Of a DNA stretch of 64,000 bases, positions 1 to 8,228 are shown piece by piece. Positions within the stretch are counted from its first letter, which is position 1; the number at the start of each line of letters is the position of its first letter. The stretch comes from Nostoc sp. DedSLP01 (GTDB taxonomy: Bacteria > Cyanobacteriota > Cyanobacteriia > Cyanobacteriales > Nostocaceae), in NCBI GenBank assembly GCA_034530875.2, contig JAVRCJ020000029.1:1-64000 (forward strand), written 5' to 3'. The position numbers and the translations under genes are program-made. Below the pieces are notes generated by a model. It was not told the DNA's origin. It saw only the letters and a list, made by a program, of their open reading frames with translations, and did not search any database.

Positions 1-137
1 AGGTTTTGGCTTTAGACAAAACCGGGGTGGGGTAACGCGGATGGTGATATTGAATGAGTGGATTCAAAACTACGTCATGATAAAGGTTTCACGTTAAGTT
101 GACACGAATGACAACTGTACGCCCCTCAGCGGATTAA

Positions 138-455
138 TTAGTTGTTTTTCACATTACGCGCCATATTGATATAGTAATCATCAACTTTTTTGGCATTGGA
201 ACGGCGCCGGGTAAAGGTGGGAGTTTCAAAAGTGGTATTCTTCTGAACCGTTTGAACCGGCTCTTTAGCATCAGCTTCCTTTATACCTTGCGCTCCATCG
301 GATTCTAAGAAATAATTAGAGCTATTCAATCCGAAACTTTTGGTAAAAAAGCCAAAGAAATTTCTGACCAAATCAAATAAAGGTTTGAAAACAAGAGATA
401 AAAAACCTTCCAAACGAAGGAAGAAATTGCGAACAACTTGAGGTAAGGTAAACAT
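138..455 (-). CDS. Hypothetical protein (amphipathic N-terminus, basic C-terminus)
   Basis: Open ORF, co-oriented with upstream genes; ATG at 455 follows GGAGG. Confidence 0.7.
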   Translation of the reverse strand: MFTLPQVVRNFFLRLEGFLSLVFKPLFDLVRNFFGFFTKSFGLNSSNYFLESDGAQGIKEADAKEPVQTVQKNTTFETPTFTRRRSNAKKVDDYYINMARNVKNN

Positions 456-563
456 CGCAGTACCCTCCATGATTGCTTATTTTTATTCTGGCTTATCTTC
501 ATGATAACAATCACCGCTGTATGTCCTGAAGAATTGTCTGTACTGCACGCAGTTCAACCTAAC

Positions 564-1028
564 TCATGATTTCGCATTTATTTTCTCCAACAGCTGAGCG
601 ATTTTCGCAGCTTTTTCAGGTTGGCGTTGTTTCTGCAATAATTCTTTGGCTTGTAGCAAATTACTCTTAGCCTCTTCTGGTTTATTTTCCTGCATGAAAA
701 TATTTGCTAAACGCAAGTAAGCATCAGGATTTTTGGGACTGCGGCGAATTACTTCGCAAAATAATTCTTTTGCCTCTTCTACTTGGCCTTTTTGGTTTAA
801 AACATCTCCTAAAAATAAGCGCACTACATCATTAGTAGAATTGAGAGAAATGACTTTGCGAAAAGCTGCTTCTGCACCTTCGTAATCTTTTGCTTGAGCA
901 AGATTGATTCCTTTTTGAAATAAATCTGAGGTAATTAAAGTTTTCCAACCGAAATACCCAAGGATGACGAGACTGAAAACAACTAAGCTTCCAGCAAGAA
1001 TAGAAAGAATTGGCGAGTTTTCTAACAT
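564..1028 (-). CDS. TPR protein with N-terminal transmembrane helix
   Basis: Hydrophobic N-terminus; TPR-like motifs (AEAAFRKVI, PDAYLRLA). Confidence 0.85.
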   Translation of the reverse strand: MLENSPILSILAGSLVVFSLVILGYFGWKTLITSDLFQKGINLAQAKDYEGAEAAFRKVISLNSTNDVVRLFLGDVLNQKGQVEEAKELFCEVIRRSPKNPDAYLRLANIFMQENKPEEAKSNLLQAKELLQKQRQPEKAAKIAQLLEKINAKS

Positions 1029-1031
1029 TGT

Positions 1032-2000
1032 CTAAGCCAAAAGACAGGCGATAGGAAAAATCAGATATTCGATAAAAAAGAGTTTCCAGATAAATTGATA
1101 AAACTCGGCGATCGCAGTTTTATCTTCTAAGTCTACCTTTAAACTCCGCAACCACATCCACAGCAGCAATCCTGAGTGAGTAATGACTACAAATATCGGG
1201 TTAACCGAAGCGATACCTAGTACCGCCACTAAAATGATGCCCAAATAACAAACAGTGATTACCCAAAGGGCGAGATTAAACACAGCTTTAGCGCCGAGTT
1301 CGATAGTAAAAGTAGAGATATTGTAGAGGCGATCGCCTTCAATATCGGGTATATCTTTAAAAATGGCGATCGCAAACGTAAACACCAAAATAAATAACGT
1401 CAACGCCCACACCGCAGGTACAATCGATTGGCTTTGTTGGAATGCCCAACTGTAATGTAAATCCAATCCCAAATTGACAATCGTACCGCGCACCGAAAAA
1501 ATACATAGCGCCGCCCAAAAGGGAAACTGCTTCAAACGAATTGGCGGTAAAGAATAAGCAGTACCAATTGCCAAACTAATTGCCACCATCCCAAACAAAA
1601 ACGGCCCGGTTAGCCACGCTACAACTAGCGCCAAAATCCCAGTAATTCCTACAATTAATTGCCCAGTTTTATGCGAAAATTCCCCAGAAGCTAAAGGTAA
1701 ATGAGGCTTATTAATCTTATCAATTTCAACATCCTCTAATTGATTCAGCCCCACAATGTAGACATTCCCACACAAACAAGAAATCCAAGCGCCGAAGAGA
1801 GGGAGTAGGGAGTGGGGAGTAGGGAGTGGGGGAATAGTACGATTACTAACGGCAATGGCAATTAAAAACAAACCCAACACGCTCAGACTTGTACCGATAA
1901 TCGTGTGCGGGCGAGAGAATTTCCAGAAAGCGTACAACCAATCATAAGAAAATGGAACGGGTTTGTTTGACAAAGAAGTGTTTTGAGAAATCTGGCTCAT
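1032..2000 (-). CDS. hpt: Homogentisate phytyltransferase (UbiA family, tocopherol synthesis)
   Basis: FSRPHT, NQLEDVEIDKINKPHLPLASG and KDIPDIEGD motifs. Confidence 0.93.
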   Translation of the reverse strand: MSQISQNTSLSNKPVPFSYDWLYAFWKFSRPHTIIGTSLSVLGLFLIAIAVSNRTIPPLPTPHSLLPLFGAWISCLCGNVYIVGLNQLEDVEIDKINKPHLPLASGEFSHKTGQLIVGITGILALVVAWLTGPFLFGMVAISLAIGTAYSLPPIRLKQFPFWAALCIFSVRGTIVNLGLDLHYSWAFQQSQSIVPAVWALTLFILVFTFAIAIFKDIPDIEGDRLYNISTFTIELGAKAVFNLALWVITVCYLGIILVAVLGIASVNPIFVVITHSGLLLWMWLRSLKVDLEDKTAIAEFYQFIWKLFFIEYLIFPIACLLA

Positions 2001-2051
2001 GAGTAGCTTGAATACTGTATTCCGGCTTACTCTTAACCATTGTCACAGAAA

Positions 2052-2172
2052 TTGGGCATTGGGCATAGGGCATTGGGAATGGGGAAAGGGAAAGGGGTAA
2101 GGGGAAAAGGGGAAAGATTAAATTTATTCCTTTTCCCTTTTCCCTTTAACCTTTTCCGGCACCTCCCCAACC
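2052..2172. repeat. STRR-type purine/pyrimidine hairpin repeat; near copy at about 50468-50580, relative at about 13675-13740
   Basis: TTGGGCA and GGGAAA-rich arm followed by a TTCCCTT-rich arm. Confidence 0.8.
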
Positions 2173-2230
2173 CTGTGCGATCGCCTTTCTCCGTGGGCAT
2201 CATAACAAAAATCACCACGGTAAAGATCCG

Positions 2231-2707
2231 ATGGCATATCAAAACATTACCGCCTCCCTTTCCCCAGCAGATATCCAAGAAATTAGAGCAGCTTTAGCGA
2301 CTATCCAAGCAAAGTTGCCTTTTCTCGTAACTTTGAGTGTCGAAGAACGACGCAAGTTATTTAAGATGGGGGATAAAAGCCTAGCTTTTGTCAACAATAG
2401 CTTGACTGCTGCCCAGACTAACCGAGAAATTCTCCCAGCCAGCTTTGATGTAGAGGAATTTGTGCGGGATTATCAATTAGCTGCCACACTCACCGAACTG
2501 TTGATTGGACTGCGCCAACTCACAGAACAAGTAGATGATACTCTAATGGCAGTGGGAAGTGAAGCAATGGGTAGTAGTTTGACAGTATATGATTATGTCA
2601 AGACTGCTGCAAAAAAAACTCCAGGGTTAAAAAGTATAGCTCAACAATTAGGCGATCGCTTTAAAGCTATGAAGAGTAAACCTGCTAAAGCTGCTGCTAA
2701 TTCATAG
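2231..2707 (+). CDS. Hypothetical all-helical protein, 158 aa (LxxEERRKLxKMGDKS motif)
   Basis: Clean ORF with amphipathic helical pattern; resembles a hypothetical family I recall from cyanobacteria and Bacteroidota. Confidence 0.85.
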   Translation: MAYQNITASLSPADIQEIRAALATIQAKLPFLVTLSVEERRKLFKMGDKSLAFVNNSLTAAQTNREILPASFDVEEFVRDYQLAATLTELLIGLRQLTEQVDDTLMAVGSEAMGSSLTVYDYVKTAAKKTPGLKSIAQQLGDRFKAMKSKPAKAAANS

Positions 2708-2730
2708 GCTGTAGTTCAACGCACAAGATA

Positions 2731-2763
2731 AGATCCCCGACTTTTTTGAAAAGTCGGGGATCT
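2731..2763. repeat. REP-like palindrome / possible terminator
   Basis: AGATCCCCGACTTTT-ttg-AAAAGTCGGGGATCT, perfect 15-bp inverted repeat. Confidence 0.85.
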
Positions 2764-2810
2764 GGCATTTAGACGCAATTTTAATCTTGTAGTGCAATAT
2801 GTAAATGAAT

Positions 2811-3020
2811 GAGTCTTTGATACTCGTGGACGAGTCTTTGATACTCGTGGACGAGTCTTTGATACTCGTGGACGAGTCTTTGATACTCGCGCGAGAGTCT
2901 TTAATACTCGTGGGCGAGTCTTTGATACTCGTGGACGAGTCTTTGATACTCGCGCGAGAGTCTTTAATACTCGCGCGAGAGTCTTTAATACTCGTGGGCG
3001 AGTCTTTGATACTCGTCAAT
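2811..3020. repeat. Tandem array of 10 x 21-bp units GAGTCTTTRATACTCG-N5
   Basis: Counted directly; 5-nt tails are TGGAC, CGCGA, TGGGC or TCAAT. Confidence 0.97.
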
Positions 3021-3197
3021 CGAAATTAAGGCGCTTCCAACTACAAAAATATTTAACAATTCTTGTGGGATGGGCGTCTCGCCCGTCCTCTCAACTGTGG
3101 AGGCTAGAGGTTTATCTCACAACATCTAGCTTTTTCAATCAGGAATTACAAATTGCAGACTTGATATTATAGCCATAACCGCGCCTAATGTGCCACC

Positions 3198-6100
3198 TTG
3201 CCCGATATTATGCTCACCACATCCCGCCAGAACAGCAAGCTCTCCTTTTTTTTCATTTTCTGTTTCACACTACTCCTGACTTTCCTCTTCTCTCTACCTT
3301 GGGTAAACGCCAAAGAAACCCCCAAACCCAAGCCAGAAGCATGGCAAATTAACGGTATCGTCGCTGCCCTGGATGATGGACATGACACAGTAAAGAGCTA
3401 TGCACTTTACAAATTAGTTGAATACGATCTAAAAGATTTAAAATCTCTGGGAAAAAAACCGGAAGATATTGCTCAAAAAGCTGCCAAAATCCTCAAGGAT
3501 AAATCGGTTAATAACTCTGCTCGTTCCCGTGCAGCAGAGGCATTGGGAAAACTAGGAGAGGCTGTTAAACCTTACGCCAAAGACATCGCTGACATCCTTA
3601 AAGATAAATCCGTTGACGACTCTGTTCGTTCCTATGCAGGAGAGGCATTGGGAAATCTAGGCGAGGCTGCCAAACCTTACGCTAAAGACATCGCTGACAT
3701 CCTTAAGGATAAATCCGTTGGCAATTCTGTTCGTGTCGGTGCAGCTTATGCTTTGGGAAATTTAGAGGAAGCAGCTAAACCCTACATCAAAGACATCGCT
3801 GACATCCTTAAAGATAAATCCGTTGACGACTATGTTCGTGCTAGTGCAGCTTATGCTTTGGAAAATTTAGGGGAAGCAGCCAAACCCTACGTTAAAGACA
3901 TTCTCGAAATCCTCAAAGATAAAACAGTTGATACAAATCTTCGTTACCGTGCAGCACAGGCATTGGTAAAGTTGGGAAATACAGCCAAACCCTACATCAA
4001 AGTCATCGCTGAAATCCTCAAAGATACATCCTTTGATGACTCTGTTCGTAGAGATGCAGCTTCTGCATTAGGAAATTTGGGAGAGGCTGCCAAACCTTAT
4101 GTTAAAGACATTCTCGAAATCCTCAAAGATCGAACCGTTAAATCATTTGTTCGTGTCGGTGCAGCAGAGGCATTGGGAAATCTAGGAGAGGCTGCCAAAC
4201 CTTTGGCTAAAGAGATTGCTGACATTCTCAAAGACAAAACCGTGGACGACTCTGTTCGTGCTAGTGCAGCAAAGGCATTGGGAAATTTAGGAGAAGCAAC
4301 CACACCTTATGTTAAAGACATTGCTGACATTTTCAAAGACAAAACCGTGGACGACTCTGTTCGTTCCGGTATAGCAGTGGCATTGGCAAATCTGGGGGAT
4401 GTAGCCAAACCCTACGTTAAAGATATCACTGGCTTCCTCAAAGATAAAACCATTGACGAGTCTGTTCGTAGAGATACAGTAGAGCTATTAGGATATCTGG
4501 GGGATGCAGGCAAAGCCTACGTCAAAGATATCGCTGAAATCCTCAAGGATAAAACTCTTGAATCAGATACTCGTTATCGTGCGGCAGAGGCATTGGCAAA
4601 TCTGGGGGATGTAGCCAAACCCTATGTCAAAGACATCCTCGACATTTTCAAAGATAAAACCGTTGACAAAGAGACTCGTTCCCGTGCAGCACAAGCATTG
4701 GGGAAGATGGAACAACTCAACCTGAATAATATTGTTGTAATTCTGGATAGCGTCTATTACGCAGGTCAATCAGAATTTGCACAGTGGCGATTTTTGACAT
4801 ATTTTCTGGGGGGCGGCACCGAAGAAGTAATAAAGCTACTTACATGGCTGGGCTTTCCTGACACTAAAACAATTCCCGCTTCATTAAGCCATGAAAAAGG
4901 TGTACAAACTCTCAAATTATTTGCCCAAGCTTGGAAACCCAGTGAAGATTTAGCACAATTACGAGATGATTTAGCAAGGCAAATTGCTGTAGTTTCCAGA
5001 AAAGTCTCTTGGCAACCGCAAGATATTCTCTTGTTAGAAACTCATTATAACAACCTGAAAAACGCCGGATACAACGAAGCTGATTCACTGCAAGCAGTCA
5101 TAGTTAACTTCAAGGGTTGGCAGTGGTTTTTCAATGCTAGAACGACAATTTTAATTCACGCTGCTTTTTGGCTTGCCCTCATCTTTGCCTACCCCAAATT
5201 TCCCCAAGTCCAAGCCATCTTCTTCTGGAACCCTTGGGTACGTCGTATTCTTGGCGTCGGCTACGTCGGCTTTCTCCTCACCTGGTTTCCCCCCTTCCGC
5301 CGCAAATTATTTGAACCCTTCAAACCTTCCCTCTTAGCCGATGCCGGGTTAGATAATTTTCACGATCGGTCCTACTTCCCAGAATCTAAAGTCAAAATTC
5401 CCGCCTCAGGAGACATCCTCCCCATCACCGCAGCCCTCCCCAGCATTAAAGGACAAATTATCTTAGAAGGAGATTCCGGCTTAGGCAAGTCGATGTTTCT
5501 CCGCCATCTCTTAAAAAATCAAGAGCGCATAGTCGTTTATCTCCCCGCCCAAAAATGTCATAAAGGCGTAATTGAAGCCATCCAAGACAAGCTACACGGC
5601 CAAGCCCAAGACGCCGGCTTCCTGAAAAACCTGATTTACAGTGGCGCCATAGATATCTGCATCGACGGACTCAACGAAGTCACCGCCGAAACCCGCGCCA
5701 AAATCACCCAGTTTGTCGAAAGCTATTTCCGGGGCAACATTATCATGACAACCCAGCCCCTAGAGTGGACGCCCCCCTCAACAGCCAAAACATATTACTT
5801 GCAGCCCCTCGAACAACAACAAATTCAAGAGTTTTTGCTCTCCCGTCAGCCGCGACTCCCCAAAGATGCCCAAGTTCAAGGTGCTGATTACGAAAAAGCC
5901 TGCATCAACTACCTAACAGAAGCCCTCAACAACCAGCAACCCAAAGAAGAGTTAGACGCCGCCCGCCGCATTCTCTCCAACCCAATGGATTTAACAGTGG
6001 TCGCGCTGATGCTATCACAAGGCAAACAGCCAAACTTATTTCGCCTGCAAGAACAGCAATACAATTTAATGGCGGCAGAATACCTCAAAGAATGGAATCA

Positions 6101-6524
6101 AGAATTTCCCTTAAAGAAATTCTCCGCCGCCGTCTACGAAATGCGAGTCCAAGACAAACAAGCCTTACCCGCCGATGAATTTCACCAAGTCGTCATGTCC
6201 TTGTCAGACGAGAAATACAAAATGGTAGTCACCCGTCAGTGGCAAGATGAAAAAGGCGAAGCCAAAAAAGAATGGTGCTTCCGCCACGATAAAATCATGG
6301 ACTTCTTCCTAGTACAAAACTTCCTCGGCGACAGCGACACCGCCGAAGGACTCTTAGTTGATAGAATGGGCGACCCCCGATTTCGTGGCGTTTACTTCCA
6401 GCTAGCAACCTTACTCCCCTTAGATGCAGCCAAAGAACTGCGGGAAAAGTTGATTCAATACGCCGCCGACACCAAAGACAACACCGTGAGTAATACCTTC
6501 GTGCAGTTGTTAAGAACGAGATAA
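3198..6524 (+). CDS. HEAT-repeat protein with signal/TM segments and C-terminal NACHT-like NTPase
   Basis: About 12 x 35-aa HEAT-like repeats; central TM segment; Walker A GDSGLGKS, Walker B ICIDGLNE; FRHD motif. Confidence 0.9.
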   Translation: MPDIMLTTSRQNSKLSFFFIFCFTLLLTFLFSLPWVNAKETPKPKPEAWQINGIVAALDDGHDTVKSYALYKLVEYDLKDLKSLGKKPEDIAQKAAKILKDKSVNNSARSRAAEALGKLGEAVKPYAKDIADILKDKSVDDSVRSYAGEALGNLGEAAKPYAKDIADILKDKSVGNSVRVGAAYALGNLEEAAKPYIKDIADILKDKSVDDYVRASAAYALENLGEAAKPYVKDILEILKDKTVDTNLRYRAAQALVKLGNTAKPYIKVIAEILKDTSFDDSVRRDAASALGNLGEAAKPYVKDILEILKDRTVKSFVRVGAAEALGNLGEAAKPLAKEIADILKDKTVDDSVRASAAKALGNLGEATTPYVKDIADIFKDKTVDDSVRSGIAVALANLGDVAKPYVKDITGFLKDKTIDESVRRDTVELLGYLGDAGKAYVKDIAEILKDKTLESDTRYRAAEALANLGDVAKPYVKDILDIFKDKTVDKETRSRAAQALGKMEQLNLNNIVVILDSVYYAGQSEFAQWRFLTYFLGGGTEEVIKLLTWLGFPDTKTIPASLSHEKGVQTLKLFAQAWKPSEDLAQLRDDLARQIAVVSRKVSWQPQDILLLETHYNNLKNAGYNEADSLQAVIVNFKGWQWFFNARTTILIHAAFWLALIFAYPKFPQVQAIFFWNPWVRRILGVGYVGFLLTWFPPFRRKLFEPFKPSLLADAGLDNFHDRSYFPESKVKIPASGDILPITAALPSIKGQIILEGDSGLGKSMFLRHLLKNQERIVVYLPAQKCHKGVIEAIQDKLHGQAQDAGFLKNLIYSGAIDICIDGLNEVTAETRAKITQFVESYFRGNIIMTTQPLEWTPPSTAKTYYLQPLEQQQIQEFLLSRQPRLPKDAQVQGADYEKACINYLTEALNNQQPKEELDAARRILSNPMDLTVVALMLSQGKQPNLFRLQEQQYNLMAAEYLKEWNQEFPLKKFSAAVYEMRVQDKQALPADEFHQVVMSLSDEKYKMVVTRQWQDEKGEAKKEWCFRHDKIMDFFLVQNFLGDSDTAEGLLVDRMGDPRFRGVYFQLATLLPLDAAKELREKLIQYAADTKDNTVSNTFVQLLRTR

Positions 6525-6581
6525 TTCGTAATTCGTAATTTTTAATAAGTAGTATGGCAAGCTTAAAATGTTGCCACGCCA

Positions 6582-7067
6582 TTAGGTTGCTGAAATGGCT
6601 AGAGGCGCTATTTTGTGTAAATCGCCTTTTCGGACACGACGGATAATTCGGGCGGCCATCTCTGCTCTATCGATTGATTTGCTAATATAATCATCTGCTC
6701 CCATAGCAAAAGCCAAATCAATTTCTTCTTTGGTTGTGTGTGTTGAAACAAAGACAATGCTCAGATTTTTCCAGTAAGGATCTGTCCGTACTACTTGACA
6801 CAAATCAGCACCATTAAATTTAGGCATCTTCATATCTAAAACCAGGATATTTGGCTGAAAATTAGTTAAAACTTCCCAAAATTGTTGAGGGTTATTTAAA
6901 GCTTTTACCTCACATTCCAAGGAGGAGAGATAATTTGACAATGTTTCTAATATTACTAAATCATCATCCACCTTAGTAATTATTGATAAATGGAGTCTAG
7001 ATAATATTTTTAACAATTTGCATTTGAATAGGCTATGGTAGGAGCATACAGCTAAGTAGAAAGGCAA
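6582..7067 (-). CDS. Response-regulator receiver domain, possibly 5'-truncated remnant
   Basis: VDDD, LDMKMP and GADDYISK motifs; weak TTG start and non-receiver leader. Confidence 0.6.
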   Translation of the reverse strand: MPFYLAVCSYHSLFKCKLLKILSRLHLSIITKVDDDLVILETLSNYLSSLECEVKALNNPQQFWEVLTNFQPNILVLDMKMPKFNGADLCQVVRTDPYWKNLSIVFVSTHTTKEEIDLAFAMGADDYISKSIDRAEMAARIIRRVRKGDLHKIAPLAISAT

Positions 7068-7157
7068 AAATAAACTTAACTGTATGAATCAAGTTTAAGA
7101 TAGTTGAAAATGCCTGCCTCCTGGGCAATTTAAATTACAATTATTTATCGAAACAAT

Positions 7158-7243
7158 CAGGTCTAAAACCGTACTTCGTCCAAAGTTTTTGGAACGGGGT
7201 ATAAATCCTCGCTACAAAAACGGCCTCCTGCCTCCAGCCTTCG
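7158..7243. repeat. Dispersed repeat, second copy at about 34896-34983
   Basis: Shared AAAGTTTTTGGAA...AAATCCTCG.TACAAAAACGGCCTCCTGCCT. Confidence 0.8.
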
Positions 7244-7367
7244 TTAAACCTGCCTAATTATTGAATGGCTCAATCCTCCTACTTGCATATACCAGAATAT
7301 AGATTACCTCTTGAGTATCCAGCCTTTACATTAGGAAGTAAGAGGATATTTAGGAGATTAGTAATTC

Positions 7368-8123
7368 ATGTCTGACGAGCAGAGATTAGAAGAAAAATTA
7401 TTATCTGAGGAAGCTGAAAGAAGGATATCTGAAAATCTTGATAATGTAGAACAAATAGAAATAGATGTACAAACCGATCTGTTGAAAATACTTCAGGGTC
7501 AAGCAGATGGGGTTTCAGTTGCAGGTGAAGGATTAGTTATTCAACAAGACCTCCGCGTACAAGAAATAAAACTGCAAACAGAAGCTATTACCCTCAATCC
7601 CTTAAGTGCAATTTTCGGCGAAATAAAACTCGATCGCCCAGTAAATGCCATTGCGAAAATGACAATGACAGAAGCAGACATTAATCGCGCTTTATCGTCA
7701 GATTTTATCGAAAAGCAGATGCAAAGCTTCGAGTTAAATGTAGATGGTGAAATTGTTAGTTTAGAAGCCGAAAAAATTCAATTGTTTTTACCTAGCCCTG
7801 GCAAAATAGAATTTAGAGGAAAAATTTTATTAAAAGAAAGGGGAAATACTCGGCCTTTAGCTTTCACTGCGATCGCTCGTCCCCGCAAACATTCACAACC
7901 CGTAATGTTAGAGAGCTTTCACTGTACTGAGGGAGAAGGTGTTTCCATAGAATTCATTACAGCATTAATGCACAAAGCCAAAGAATTAATGAAAATACCA
8001 TACTTTAAATGGGATGATATCATATTTCGCATCAAAGATTTAGAGGTAGAAATTGGTAATTTAATACTTAAGGTAGAAGCCCAAGTAAAACAAATACCCT
8101 CATCAGATGTAATACCTCTTTAG
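7368..8123 (+). CDS. DUF2993 / LmeA-like protein
   Basis: GQADGVSVAGEG and TEADINRAL patterns; AGGAG RBS. Confidence 0.8.
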   Translation: MSDEQRLEEKLLSEEAERRISENLDNVEQIEIDVQTDLLKILQGQADGVSVAGEGLVIQQDLRVQEIKLQTEAITLNPLSAIFGEIKLDRPVNAIAKMTMTEADINRALSSDFIEKQMQSFELNVDGEIVSLEAEKIQLFLPSPGKIEFRGKILLKERGNTRPLAFTAIARPRKHSQPVMLESFHCTEGEGVSIEFITALMHKAKELMKIPYFKWDDIIFRIKDLEVEIGNLILKVEAQVKQIPSSDVIPL

Positions 8124-8228
8124 TAAGATTGACACTCATCAAAGATAATTTTTGTTACTGATGGCTGATTTAAGTTTGCCCAAAGTTTTTTAAGCTTTAT
8201 AAAGCTAATTAATTTCAAAGTAACAACT

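Noticed and set aside
1..80. Start of a minus-strand gene running off the left edge
   Set aside because: Too little sequence to support a call.
2033..2297. ORFs 2033-2278(-) and 2040-2297(+)
   Set aside because: Translations of STRR repeats; the same artefact occurs at 50394-50618.
2811..3020. CRISPR array
   Set aside because: Linkers are only 5 nt and recur; the unit is 21 bp; no cas genes are present.
3486..4710. Diversity-generating retroelement acting on the HEAT or WD40 repeats
   Set aside because: No reverse transcriptase or template repeat seen; variation is not evidently adenine-specific.
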